Shown: one piece after another, positions 1 to 9,915 of the stretch | How positions within the stretch are numbered: the first letter of the stretch is position 1 | How the letters are laid out: the number at the start of each line of letters is the position of its first letter | DNA from: a plasmid | Sequence record: NZ_CP135254.1 | Strand: one strand, 5' to 3' | DNA length: 64,000 nt | Translations under genes and position numbers: made by a program | Notes under the pieces: model-generated | What the model was told of the DNA's origin: nothing | The model's input: the letters and a program-made list of their open reading frames with translations, nothing else | The model's database searches: none

Positions 1-245
1 GGCTTTTGTAGATGCTCTGCCTGCAGCTGAAACCGACTGTAATCAGAAAAAAGAAAAGTATCCTTCTGGGCTCCTACGGCTCGCCAGATTCTGATGGTGC
101 AATGCAAGGTCAAATCCTGCAGCTGGCTAAAGTCCGCTATGAGCGAACAGCGGACGTTGGACTTCCCAACCTTACAAGGTAATCTAGTTTGCAAAGTTAG
201 CGACCTCGCGCAGCCGCACTAATAAAAAGAATAGGAACGGTACAA

Positions 246-2999
246 ATGAACTGGATTGGTTCTCGGTGGTGGAAATTCGACTTCCATAATCACACTCCGG
301 CATCGGACGATTATGGAAAAGGCCCTAATCAGGCCCAGTATATGCAGATCACTCATAAAGATTGGCTGCTCAACTACATGCGACAAGGCATCGATTGTGT
401 CGCTGTCACGGACCATAATTCAGGCGCTTGGATTGATCCGCTCAAGCATGCACTCAAGGAACTGGCATCTGAGAGTCATGAAGATTATCGACCACTCTAC
501 TTATTCCCTGGTGTTGAGCTTACTGTTCAGGGGAATATCCATATTCTGGCCATTTTCGGAGAAGACAAGACAACCTCTGATATCGACTCACTGCTTGGTG
601 CGGTCAGGTATCGCGCCACCAAAGGAAAGAGCGACGGCTGCTCTGAATGCTCGGCAGTTGAGGTGATCGACGAAATTGCTAGGTCAGGAGGGCTTGCAAT
701 ACCTGCTCATGTAGATCAGGTTAGCGGACTTTTTACGGTCTGTACGGGCAACACACTAGAGCAGGTGCTTGACAACAAATGTGTTTTTGCTATGGAGGTA
801 ACGGACCTTGCTAAAGCAAAACCGCAGCTCTACATTAGCAAGAATTTGAATTGGGCAGAGATTCTTGGAACCGATTCCCATCATCCGTCCGGTACCGGAA
901 ATCAACGCTATCCGGGTAGCCATTTCACTTGGGTAAAAATGTCGGAGCCATCTTATGACGGATTACGGCTGGCGCTCATTGATGGTGCTCTTTCACTGAA
1001 GCGGTCGGACAACTTCACTGGTGACCCCAATATCCATGGACAACTTGCCATCGAAAGTATCGTGGTTGATGATGCGAAGTACTTAGGGCGAGGGCAATCT
1101 TTATCTTGTCAACTGAACCCCTGGCTCAACACTATCATTGGTGGACGAGGCACTGGGAAATCGACATCGTTGGAATTCCTGCGGATTGCTCTTAAACGAA
1201 AGGGAGAAATCCCCAAGAGCCTTGAAAAGGAATTTACCAAATACAGTCAAACTTCGAAAGACCGCCAAGATGAAGGGCTGTTAAAAGATTCCACGAAAAT
1301 AACTGTAGGCTTTCGAAAAGACGGTGGCCGTTTCCGAATCACCTGGTCTAATACCGACGACATATACAGCATCGAGGAAGAGACCGCTCCCGGAGTCTGG
1401 TGTGCTTCCGAGGGAGACATAGCACAACGATTTCCTGTCAGGATTTACAGCCAGAAACAGATATTCGAATTGGCAAAGCATCCCCAAGCACTCTTGCAAG
1501 TTGTCGATGATGCCGCGGTGGTCAATCATCGTGATTGGCAGCTTAAGTGGGATGAACTGGTTTCCAAATATTTCTCGCTTCGCGCCCAAGAGCGTGAAGT
1601 TCAGACCGGGCTTCAGGAGGAATCGGTAACCAAAGGTCAGCTTGAAGACGTCAAACGCAAACTCGATGTTTTTGAAAAGGCGGGCCACGCGGATGTCCTT
1701 AAGGCTTACCAACTCAGACAGAACCAGAGTAAGGCTATGGACTCTTGGGTAACGACTTGGGAGGGTTCCGCCGAACAGGTCCGAGATATTTCTGGAAGAC
1801 TGCTGCCAGCAGAATTGGATCTACAATATTTCGACATTGGGAATGCGGATGACAAAGAACTCTTCGATACCATCAAGGGCATCCGTGCGACGTTTGAGAA
1901 GCTTCAGACAGAGATGAACTCGATCGCGCAGCGGATTGATGATGTAAAGAACTCATGGAATCAAACTCGGTCAGACTTGGGAATATCGAAAAGAATTACA
2001 GCGGCGAGCCATGAATACACCGGCCTCCTCGGTCAACTCAGCGCAGCAGACGCAGGTGATCCATCTGCATATGGTGTTCTGGTTAAGCAGCGACAAGATT
2101 TCGAAGATAAGCTCAAGGGATTCGACAAAAAGAGAGAAACTCTTGCGCAGCATCAGAAGAGCGCGGAAGAATACTTGGTCAAGCTCCATGAGCATCGAGC
2201 ATTGATAACCAAGCTCCGTGAGGACTTTCTCAAGGATACCCTCGTCGGCAATTCATATGTACAGATCAATGTCATTCCGTTTGGAAACAAGCTTACGGTT
2301 GAGGAAGAATTCCGTAACCTGATCGGCCGCAGTAGTGGCGGATTTGACCGCGACATTGGAGTTGTTGACGGGGATGAGGGCTTGCTGGCTTATTTAACGC
2401 AAGACCAATCCAATACTATGGATGATAAAATTGAGAAAATAAAATCATCGCTACTTGCAATCCATGAAAACGATACTGTGGCGGTGGATTCCTGCAAAGA
2501 TCGACGTTTTGTATCCCACATTCAGGGGCTAACTCCGGAACAGATAGATCGAATTCAGTGCTGGTTTCCTGGTGATTCTCTGGATATCAGATATAGCCTC
2601 AAGAACGGCGAGAGTTTCAAACCCGTAGAGCAAGGATCTCCGGGGCAAAAAACGGCGGCTCTCCTTGCATTTATCCTTTCATATGGCAATGAGCCTCTTA
2701 TACTTGATCAGCCTGAGGATGATCTTGATAACCACTTGATCTATGATCTGATCGTAACGCAATTGCGTGAGATCAAACAAAAACGGCAGGTTTTAGTAGT
2801 CACGCACAACGCTAACATCGTCGTGAATGGTGATGCGGAAAACGTCATTGCCCTTGATATTCGGTCTGGCCAAACCAGAATTGTGACGCAAGGGGGTCTT
2901 CAAGAACCTTCCATACGCGATGAGATATGCAGAGTGATGGAAGGTGGCAGAGAGGCCTTTACCCAAAGATATAAACGAATCAATGCAGCAATCACATAG
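246..2999 (+). CDS. PHP-domain phosphoesterase fused to ABC/SMC-like ATPase (candidate single-gene defence protein, Ppl/TrlF-like architecture)
   Basis: N-terminal PHP motifs (FDFHNHT, VAVTDHNS, PGVEL, IPAHVDQ, GTDSHHP). Central Walker A GGRGTGKST. Coiled-coil-rich middle. C-terminal ABC-signature-like SPGQKTAALLAFIL and Walker B/D-loop LILDQPEDDLD, plus VLVVTHNANIV. Confidence 0.8.
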   Translation: MNWIGSRWWKFDFHNHTPASDDYGKGPNQAQYMQITHKDWLLNYMRQGIDCVAVTDHNSGAWIDPLKHALKELASESHEDYRPLYLFPGVELTVQGNIHILAIFGEDKTTSDIDSLLGAVRYRATKGKSDGCSECSAVEVIDEIARSGGLAIPAHVDQVSGLFTVCTGNTLEQVLDNKCVFAMEVTDLAKAKPQLYISKNLNWAEILGTDSHHPSGTGNQRYPGSHFTWVKMSEPSYDGLRLALIDGALSLKRSDNFTGDPNIHGQLAIESIVVDDAKYLGRGQSLSCQLNPWLNTIIGGRGTGKSTSLEFLRIALKRKGEIPKSLEKEFTKYSQTSKDRQDEGLLKDSTKITVGFRKDGGRFRITWSNTDDIYSIEEETAPGVWCASEGDIAQRFPVRIYSQKQIFELAKHPQALLQVVDDAAVVNHRDWQLKWDELVSKYFSLRAQEREVQTGLQEESVTKGQLEDVKRKLDVFEKAGHADVLKAYQLRQNQSKAMDSWVTTWEGSAEQVRDISGRLLPAELDLQYFDIGNADDKELFDTIKGIRATFEKLQTEMNSIAQRIDDVKNSWNQTRSDLGISKRITAASHEYTGLLGQLSAADAGDPSAYGVLVKQRQDFEDKLKGFDKKRETLAQHQKSAEEYLVKLHEHRALITKLREDFLKDTLVGNSYVQINVIPFGNKLTVEEEFRNLIGRSSGGFDRDIGVVDGDEGLLAYLTQDQSNTMDDKIEKIKSSLLAIHENDTVAVDSCKDRRFVSHIQGLTPEQIDRIQCWFPGDSLDIRYSLKNGESFKPVEQGSPGQKTAALLAFILSYGNEPLILDQPEDDLDNHLIYDLIVTQLREIKQKRQVLVVTHNANIVVNGDAENVIALDIRSGQTRIVTQGGLQEPSIRDEICRVMEGGREAFTQRYKRINAAIT

Positions 3000-3104
3000 A
3001 ACGGAGTTGCACTTGAACGGCAATTGCGCTGAGCTCAATTGCCGCCAATGCTTGGTCGTTAATGTCTGCTCCTGGCACAAAGCAGACATACTCAGAAAAG
3101 CAAC

Positions 3105-3701
3105 TCATGAACGAGCATCAGCGTCCTCCATTATCGCTTTCACTCTTAAAATGGTCTGCCGTGTGGTGTCAAATTCGCGGGCGATCGCGCTGATACTCTT
3201 CCCTTCACTAAGACGCAAGAACACCGCTTTCTTTTGTTCGTCATCCAGAGCCGGCGGGCGGCCGAAACGCTTTCCGGATGCCTTAGCCCGCGCAATACCA
3301 GCATGTGTACGTTCAAGTAGCAGATCGCGCTCAAATTCAGCAACCGCCGAGATTACCTGCATTGTCATCTTTCCGGCCGGACTGGTGAGGTCTACCCCTC
3401 CCAGCGCCAGGCAGTGTACCCGTATTTCTGACGCAGAAAGTAGCTCAACGGTTTTTCTGATATCCATGGCGTTTCGCCCGAGGCGATCCAGCTTCGTTAC
3501 GATTAAAACGTCCCCGTTTTCCATTCGATCAAGGAGACGCATAAATCCAGGGCGTTCAGCAGCCGCGACTGAACCACTTATGTACTCTTCAATCAGTCGC
3601 TGGGGTCTGATGGAAAAGCCGGCCGCTTCGATCTCACGACGCTGGTTTTCAGTGTTCTGTTCGAGGGTCGATACCCTGCAGTAGGCAAAAACTCGTGACA
3701 T
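3105..3701 (-). CDS. serine recombinase (resolvase/invertase family)
   Basis: N-terminal YCRVSTLEQ catalytic-serine motif; ~198 aa; C-terminal HTH. Confidence 0.9.
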   Translation of the reverse strand: MSRVFAYCRVSTLEQNTENQRREIEAAGFSIRPQRLIEEYISGSVAAAERPGFMRLLDRMENGDVLIVTKLDRLGRNAMDIRKTVELLSASEIRVHCLALGGVDLTSPAGKMTMQVISAVAEFERDLLLERTHAGIARAKASGKRFGRPPALDDEQKKAVFLRLSEGKSISAIAREFDTTRQTILRVKAIMEDADARS

Positions 3702-3953
3702 ATAGTTATTTTATGTACGAAATGGATGTACTTATTATAGCGCATGTCCGAAACTAAAAACACTAACTTTCGGACATACTATATCTTACATGTACGAAAC
3801 CGGTCGGTTTTGTACATCCCATATTGTATGCTCTATGTGTTCCACTTAAAGTAATATTATTGTGACCACATAAGTTGTGGCTGGCTGGCAAAGTCAGCAC
3901 TGAATGCCTCCCTGCCCAACCAGTTTATATTGGTATCCGATTTTTCTACTTGC

Positions 3954-4472
3954 CTATTTTCTTTTGGCCGGAAACATCAGCATCAGGGTGTGAACACCGT
4001 TGATATCGATCGTATGGGCGCCTTCCGTGAAAGCCTCAAAAATCCCGACGTCTTTCAGACCGCCCAGTATCGCATCGACGTCAGTTTCTGACAGCTGACG
4101 CGCTGTTTTGTATTCCAACATGTTAGTGTTAGGGTTCGATGCGCGCTCAGACTCGACTTTCATTTTAATTTCGGCAATGACCGCAGGAATATTATCGGTG
4201 TTGAGCTCCAGTGCTCTAGCCTGAATACACGCGGCAAACTCCTTGGGGATTACAAACCACACGGGATATCCCCGCGACAGCGGCATACCTTTACTACCCT
4301 CATCCAGATTACCATTCCAGCGTATGCCGGTACATTCGCTGAAGGGCTGGTTCAGTTCGTCCCGGTAGTTAATGCGGGCGACGGACACGTCCCATTCGCC
4401 CGCATCGTAAAGCACATCTAGCACCTCTACATGGCCTCTGGGGGATAAAACATCTGTGGGTTTTACGTACAT
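3954..4472 (-). CDS. hypothetical protein
   Basis: Open frame with likely start MYVKPTDV; no recognisable domain. Confidence 0.4.
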   Translation of the reverse strand: MYVKPTDVLSPRGHVEVLDVLYDAGEWDVSVARINYRDELNQPFSECTGIRWNGNLDEGSKGMPLSRGYPVWFVIPKEFAACIQARALELNTDNIPAVIAEIKMKVESERASNPNTNMLEYKTARQLSETDVDAILGGLKDVGIFEAFTEGAHTIDINGVHTLMLMFPAKRK

Positions 4473-5179
4473 ATTCTCTCTCCTGTAAGCGTGGATGATA
4501 TACAAATTAGCTATGAATTATAGTTATATTACATAACTAGTTTTTTAGCTAGAATTAATCAGTTGAACGTGAAAAAATTGTCCTCAGCTATGCCAACTAC
4601 CATGCTCTGGAGAAGCAGAAGGGAGCCCGGGAGCAGGTTATCGGGGGAGCCAGTACTGGCTGCGCGACCTAGCAGCTCAGAATGGAGCGAGAACAGTAAA
4701 TAGGGGTCTATTTGGATATCGAAAATTATTCAGCCGAGATACGTCTGGTGAGCAGAGTCTCTTAAATGTAAAGCTAGAGCCTTTCAATAATATAAAGGTT
4801 CATTCATCAAAAAATTAGAAACAGTGCCGACAGTAATGCCTATACATAAGCCCGTAGATCGCGTCTGCCAGTCACTCTGGGATATACCCTAATGTGTCAG
4901 GCTAACGCGCCCTCCAGGCTTGTCCAGCCCCTCGCTTTTCCGAGCTGACTCGCGGTTTCGATTTAACACGGTGGTGGAATAGCCAAGCATGGTAGAGGTC
5001 GTGATCTAACGATTGATTGCACAAGGCACAGGATATCGGCTGAAATGTACCGCCTGGCAATTGATGCTTCATAGAACTATTCATCCGTAAACAGAGTCGC
5101 TAATGCGGCTTTTTTTTGGGGGGACGTTTAGTAGCGGAGGTTTCTATGTCAGGACAAGTCAGGTCGCCTTAGTTACTCA

Positions 5180-5368
5180 ATAAATGAAATCATGTTATAA
5201 TTAAATCATGATTTCATTTATTTTTATGCTATTGTAATTTAAGTCATTATTGTTTTGCATGTTTTACTGAAATCATTAAATCATGATTTAATGTTGTTCC
5301 TTTACCTCAGCTATGTCATAGTTAGCTTAGTTGTAGAACTTGATAATGAAATCATGATTTAATGAAGG
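5180..5368. repeat. iteron/palindrome array (AAATCATGATTT(AATG) units), putative parC centromere/operator of type Ib par locus
   Basis: At least three copies of the palindromic AAATCATGATTT core directly upstream of parA. Confidence 0.5.
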
Positions 5369-6003
5369 GTGATACCATGGGAAAGGTTATATCGATCGTT
5401 GGTCAGAAAGGCGGTGGTTCAAAAAGCACCGAAGCTAGAACGCTTGCTGTTGGATTTTCAGAAGCTGGATGGAAGACGCATCTGGCTGATATAGACACCA
5501 AACAACAAACCTCACTGAAGTGGACAGAACGACGCGAGAAAAGTGGGCTAAGCCCGATAGATTGTGCTCTTTACCGCCGGGTTGAAACTGCTGTCAGGAT
5601 GAAAGATAGCTGTCATTTGCTGATCATCGATGGGCGCCCTGCAGCAGAGACAACGTCACTGGATGTCGCAGATGAATCTGACCTCGTCATTATTACCACG
5701 GGGACTACTATTGATGATCTTGAACCCTCACTTGAACTGGCTCGTGAATTGATAAAGAAGGGGATTGATAAGAGCAAGATTGTCTTTATCGTTTCTAAAT
5801 CACCATCTCAATCGCAGGGCGAAAAAGCTCAGGAAACAATCAAAGCGTGGGGTTATAAAGTAATCAATACAGTCATCCCCTTCAAAACCAGTTACGGCGA
5901 AGCTCTTGATACTGGACGGGCATTACATGAAACGCCATTCAAATCGTTGAATGAGACTGCAAAACAAATGATTGAAGAGATTCATGATATAATTAATTCA
6001 TGA
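5362..6003 (+). CDS. parA: ParA-family partition ATPase (small type Ib)
   Basis: Deviant Walker A VGQKGGGSKST; ~210 aa. Confidence 0.9.
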   Translation: MKGDTMGKVISIVGQKGGGSKSTEARTLAVGFSEAGWKTHLADIDTKQQTSLKWTERREKSGLSPIDCALYRRVETAVRMKDSCHLLIIDGRPAAETTSLDVADESDLVIITTGTTIDDLEPSLELARELIKKGIDKSKIVFIVSKSPSQSQGEKAQETIKAWGYKVINTVIPFKTSYGEALDTGRALHETPFKSLNETAKQMIEEIHDIINS

Positions 6004-6035
6004 TAGCATGATTTAACGATATCATTACCCTGAGC

Positions 6036-6275
6036 ATGAGGAAGTTTATGAAAGGCCCTGGTAAATCAATTAAAATTGAGCCCCCGAAAGAGGACGAACC
6101 GACACTGGATGTTACCGGAAAAGGGGCTGTTCCGGATTCGGCTGTCAAACCTATCCAAATCAAAGTTCCGGTGTCGAAACATAAAGAAATGAAGGCATAT
6201 GCAGCAGAGCAGGGGATCTCGATGACCGATATGCTCCTTGCCGGGTATGACATGTACAGAAATAAAATGAAATAA
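6036..6275 (+). CDS. small centromere-binding protein (ParG/RHH-like)
   Basis: 79 aa, immediately after parA; C-terminal ISMTDMLLAGYDMY, RHH-like. Confidence 0.55.
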   Translation: MRKFMKGPGKSIKIEPPKEDEPTLDVTGKGAVPDSAVKPIQIKVPVSKHKEMKAYAAEQGISMTDMLLAGYDMYRNKMK

Positions 6276-6282
6276 TGTTAGC

Positions 6283-6316
6283 ATGACATCATGAAAGTGG
6301 TTTTTCATGATGTCAT
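6283..6316. repeat. perfect 14-bp inverted repeat (ATGACATCATGAAA / TTTCATGATGTCAT), possible bidirectional terminator or extra ParG site
   Basis: Seen directly. Lies between convergent parG-like and umuC stops. A TTTTTT run follows ~14 nt downstream. Confidence 0.4.
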
Positions 6317-6414
6317 TCTTTCATGCGATTTTTTAAGCCTGTCTCTAGCTCCAGAAACCCTCGGTTTTGCACTTCATCGATAATGACACATATGTTTGAG
6401 CGAACCTGAAAAAA

Positions 6415-6445
6415 CATGACTTCATGACTTCATGACTTCATGCTG
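6415..6445. repeat. 4x tandem CATGACTT repeat
   Basis: catgacttcatgacttcatgacttcatgctg, just upstream of the umuC stop. Confidence 0.4.
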
Positions 6446-6449
6446 TTTT

Positions 6450-7724
6450 TTAACAGAGCCTTGCTGACGGAATGTCCGCCCATCTTGTGGTATATGCTGG
6501 CGACAGTAAATCTCGCTTCATCTGCCAGTCAGGAGCGATGCCTCGTCCCGCAAACCAGACTTTCCCAAGTCCTGAATGATTAATCCCGTCCACAACGTTC
6601 ATCAGGGCTTCGCTGTTTGCCCGGGGCTGAACATCATCAAACAGACTCAACTGAGAAACCCCCGCAGGCGTGAAATCGTTCAGCATCACGCCGGCTTTGG
6701 CATAACGGTGCTCGGGGACCCAGATGCGTCCGAGGGCTCTGACGGCAGCGGCGATGATATCCCGCGAGTCTCTGCTCGGGAACGGCAGACTCTCGCTGGC
6801 CATGTTTCCGTAGTAAGGCTCCTTCACGGCAAACGGCGACGTTTTCACAAAGACCGCGATGTGTCTGCAGTACTGCCGCTCACTGCGTAGTTTCTCCGCA
6901 GCACGCTCCGCGTACTGGCAGACAGCCTGGCGCATTGCGTCATATTCCGTGATGCGTTCACCAAAACTCCGGCTGCAGACTATCTGCTGTTTTGGCGGAG
7001 GCGCTTCTTCCAGCGAAATACAGCTTTCTCCGTTGAGTTCCCGGACGGTTCTCTCCAGCACCACGTTGAAATTCTTCCTGATGAATGCTGGATTCGCGCG
7101 CGCCAGCTGCAGTGCTGTGGTGATCCCCATTGTGTTCAGCTTCTTCGAGATCCGGCGCCCAACACCCCATATTTCTTCCACCGGCTGCAGTGAAAGCAGT
7201 TTCTCTGTCCGGCGGGGATTATCCGGGGTCAAAGCCAGTACGCCGCCAAACTGCGGCCACTCTTTGGAAGCCCACTGGGCTGATTTTGCCAGCGTTTTGC
7301 TGGGTCCCATACCGACGCCGATGGTCAGCGCGGTGTGGCGGTGCACATACTCTCGCAACTGGCGCCCAAAATCCTCAAAATCCACGCAGTTGTCGATGCC
7401 GGCGACGTCGAGGAACATCTCATCGATACTGTACTGCTCCACGCGCGGCGCCAGCGCCTCAAGGCAACGCATGACCCGTTCTGACATACTGTGGTACAGC
7501 GAATAATTGCTGGAGAACACGGCCACGTTATGCTTTTCCGCCAGTCCCTTCACCTTAAACCAGGGGGCGCCCATCGGAATACCGATGGCGCGGGCTTCGC
7601 GGCTGCGTGCGATTACGCAGCCGTCATTGTTGCTGAGGACTATCACCGGCCTGTCGCGCAGGTCCGGGCGAAAGACCTTCTCGCAGCTGGCATAGAAGCT
7701 GTTGACGTCAGCCAGGGCAAACAT
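6450..7724 (-). CDS. umuC: Y-family DNA polymerase V subunit UmuC/ImpB
   Basis: MFALADVNSFYASCEKVFRPDLR...; full length 424 aa. Confidence 0.95.
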   Translation of the reverse strand: MFALADVNSFYASCEKVFRPDLRDRPVIVLSNNDGCVIARSREARAIGIPMGAPWFKVKGLAEKHNVAVFSSNYSLYHSMSERVMRCLEALAPRVEQYSIDEMFLDVAGIDNCVDFEDFGRQLREYVHRHTALTIGVGMGPSKTLAKSAQWASKEWPQFGGVLALTPDNPRRTEKLLSLQPVEEIWGVGRRISKKLNTMGITTALQLARANPAFIRKNFNVVLERTVRELNGESCISLEEAPPPKQQIVCSRSFGERITEYDAMRQAVCQYAERAAEKLRSERQYCRHIAVFVKTSPFAVKEPYYGNMASESLPFPSRDSRDIIAAAVRALGRIWVPEHRYAKAGVMLNDFTPAGVSQLSLFDDVQPRANSEALMNVVDGINHSGLGKVWFAGRGIAPDWQMKRDLLSPAYTTRWADIPSARLC

Positions 7725-7735
7725 ACCGGTACTCC

Positions 7736-8185
7736 TTACAGGCGGGCGCGGGTACGATGAATGAAGTGCATCACCACGCCGAACAGCGTGAGTTCTTCCG
7801 GCCAGAGCGTCGGATAAGCCGGATTCATCGGCTCCAGGGCAGGGCGGGGATGCAGACGCAGCCGCTTTACCGTAAACCCGCCGTCCACTTCCGCAATCAC
7901 CACATCGCCGTCCACGGCGGTCTCCGACCGGTCCACGACCAGAATGTCGCCGTCATACAGACCGAGGTCTTTCATACTCTCTCCGCTGGCGCGCAGGAAA
8001 TAAGTGGCTGCCGGATGGCGGATACACAGGCTGTTTAAATCCAGCTCCTGCTCAACATAATCCCCGGCAGGGCTCGGAAAACCCGCCGCACAGGCATCCG
8101 CAAACAGGGGCAGCTGCAGGGAAGATGGCGTGGCCGGAAGAGTGAACACCGCCTCCGGGTCAAACAGGGGCTCCCTGCGACTCAT
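7736..8185 (-). CDS. umuD: UmuD/ImpA (LexA-like S24 peptidase)
   Basis: FPSPAGDYVEQELDLN...ASGESM...KRL motifs. Start MSRREPLF overlaps the upstream gene stop (ATGA). Confidence 0.9.
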   Translation of the reverse strand: MSRREPLFDPEAVFTLPATPSSLQLPLFADACAAGFPSPAGDYVEQELDLNSLCIRHPAATYFLRASGESMKDLGLYDGDILVVDRSETAVDGDVVIAEVDGGFTVKRLRLHPRPALEPMNPAYPTLWPEELTLFGVVMHFIHRTRARL

Positions 8186-8427
8186 TCCGGCAGCCATGTG
8201 TCGTCCTGCCAGATGGCTTCAAGTGTGTTCATGATGTCCGACTTTTCCTTGTCGCTGCGCGCGCCGCTGACATCCAGCGCGGTCTGCGAACTTTTTCCGA
8301 TGTTCAGCCAGAGTTGAGGGTATCGTGGGGTGAGGCGGCGCTCAATTTCCTGCTGCAGTGCGGCAAAGGTGCCGCTGCGCATGGCCTTCACCTGCTCCGG
8401 GGAAAAACGGACGGAAATCTGCAACAT
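8182..8427 (-). CDS. impC: DinI-family protein (ImpC-like)
   Basis: 81 aa; C-terminal TLEAIWQDDTWLPE resembles the DinI C-terminus; first gene of the imp-type operon. Confidence 0.75.
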   Translation of the reverse strand: MLQISVRFSPEQVKAMRSGTFAALQQEIERRLTPRYPQLWLNIGKSSQTALDVSGARSDKEKSDIMNTLEAIWQDDTWLPE

Positions 8428-8439
8428 GGCGCACCTCTT

Positions 8440-8459
8440 TACTGTATGGATGTACAGTT
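8440..8459. promoter_or_regulatory. LexA (SOS) box overlapping the imp operon promoter
   Basis: tACTGTatggatgtACAGtt matches CTGT-N8-ACAG. A -35 TTGCAA / -10 AATAAT pair lies on the minus strand just upstream. Confidence 0.8.
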
Positions 8460-8630
8460 ATTATTTTCCCGGTTGTCAGAATTTGCAAGCCTCTTTATGC
8501 CGTTCCGGGCTAAAACATTGCTGTGGTTGCGAAAAAATGAGTGACCTGAAAAAACGTATATCGGGGCTACACAGGTAGCGGTATCCTGTAATATACAGAT
8601 AACCAATGAATTTTTATCCAGGAGGTCTTT

Positions 8631-8861
8631 ATGTCCCCCGTCTTCAGAAATGCTCTCCGCTTTGCCGGCGTACCCGTCGACAGCAGCGAACCGGTACGCA
8701 GACAGTACGGCAGCCGCATGATTGGTATCGTGACGGTATGCCTGCTCCCGCTCCTGGTGTTCGACGTCCCGCTGTGGGTTTTCGTGCTCTCCCAGGTTAT
8801 CTGGGGCGCGGGCGTGTATATCGGCCTCTCCGTGGCCGGAGATAAATCCCGGAACCGCTGA
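8631..8861 (+). CDS. small two-TM membrane protein (leading-region type); paralog at 39045..39275
   Basis: 76 aa; ~85% identical to the 39045 copy. Confidence 0.6.
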   Translation: MSPVFRNALRFAGVPVDSSEPVRRQYGSRMIGIVTVCLLPLLVFDVPLWVFVLSQVIWGAGVYIGLSVAGDKSRNR

Positions 8862-9020
8862 TGCTTTGTCGCTGATTGTATAAAAAAAACACAGGCGTGA
8901 TGACGCCTGTCCCACCGCGCTTCTCCGCTGTCTGCCTTCAGGTTATCCACAATCTTAAACCCCGTGTTTGTGGACAGGTATGCCGATACTCCTCTTTCCC
9001 TGATGTCGCTGAAGGCCTGC

Positions 9021-9285
9021 CACCCGCTGCCAGTGTCTCGCGTCCGGTCGGGTACGGGACGGGCGGCTTTTCCGCTCAGGCCCGGCGTCGTTGAGAGTGT
9101 ACGCCAGTCCCTCGCCCTTTTAAGGAACGCCCTTCAAGCCGCTTTCGCGGCATATCCTTGCCGTCGAAAAGACTGACGGCTGCGGTATTCCACGGTCGGC
9201 CTGACCCGTGACCGGACGCGATGAACAGGCAGCGTGCGGCAGGGAACGGTATCGCGGTGATGCCTCCTGCCCCCTCTGACTACAG
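9021..9285 (+). repeat. GC-rich dispersed repeat, family 1 copy a (putative ssi/Frpo-like single-strand promoter element)
   Basis: ~265 bp; ~85-90% identical to 39401..39665 and 40368..40648; sits immediately upstream of the methyltransferase start. Confidence 0.4.
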
Positions 9286-9295
9286 GAGTGCTGTC

Positions 9296-9882
9296 ATGTC
9301 CAGATTCATTCTCGGGAACTGTATTGATGTGATGCGCGGATTCCCCGACCGTGCCGTGGACCTTATCGTGACTGACCCACCTTATTTAGTAGGGTTTAAG
9401 GACCGTTCCGGGCGCAGTATTGCCGGCGATAAAACCGATGAATGGCTGGCGCCTGCCACCCTTGAGATGTACCGCGTGCTGAAAAAAGACGCGCTGATGG
9501 TCAGTTTCTACGGCTGGAACCGGGTGGACCGCTTTATGGCCGCGTGGAAGGCGGCGGGGTTCTATGCCGTGGGCCAGCTTGTGTTCACCAAAACCTATGC
9601 TTCCAACCGCCGTAATGCGAAAGACCGTCGCGGATTCGTGGACTACCGCCATGAAGGGGCTTATGTCCTTGCCAAAGGCCGCCCGGTGCCGCCCCTCAGA
9701 CCGCTGCCGGATGTGATGCCTTTTCCGTATACCGGCAACCCACTGCACCCGAACCAGAAACCGGTGGAGGCGCTACAGCCGCTGATTGAGTCATTCAGCG
9801 CCCCGGGCGCGATTGTCCTCGACCCGTTCGCAGGGAGTGCCTCGACCTGCGTCGCCGCATACCGCGCCGGACGCCGCTATAT
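9296..9882 (+). pseudogene. DNA methyltransferase (PF01555-like, DPPY motif), C-terminally truncated by a Tn3-family insertion
   Basis: DLIVTDPPYL motif. Collinear with the intact copy at 40659..41360 up to ...GRRY. The frame then runs into the transposon IR. Confidence 0.75.
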
Positions 9883-9915
9883 GGGGTCGGTTCCGGCTGA
9901 GGGCGAAATGACACC

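Noticed and set aside
2944-3684. 246-aa + strand ORF overlapping the serine recombinase on the opposite strand. The same applies to 47794..48621 inside the parB-like gene, 41823..42611 and 49369..50151.
   Set aside because: Antisense to clearly conserved coding sequence; low-complexity Arg/Ser-rich translation.
8420-8435. GTGCGCC also occurs right after the LexA box in operon copy 1 (minus strand ...ACAGTAAAGAGGTGCGCCATG). Wondered if this marks an empty intron-insertion site.
   Set aside because: In copy 1 the GTGCGCC is part of the SD-to-ATG region of the dinI-like gene. The match to the intron's first 7 nt is probably coincidental. No rigorous IBS/EBS comparison was possible by eye.
9221-9295. 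ORF-track start (MNRQRAAGNGIAVMPP...) that would extend the methyltransferase N-terminally; likewise 40584 for the second copy.
   Set aside because: This segment belongs to the non-coding family 1 repeat. The ATG is not conserved in repeat copy b (GCGATGAAC -> GGCGTACAG). A good SD (ACAGGAG) precedes the downstream ATG at 9296/40659.
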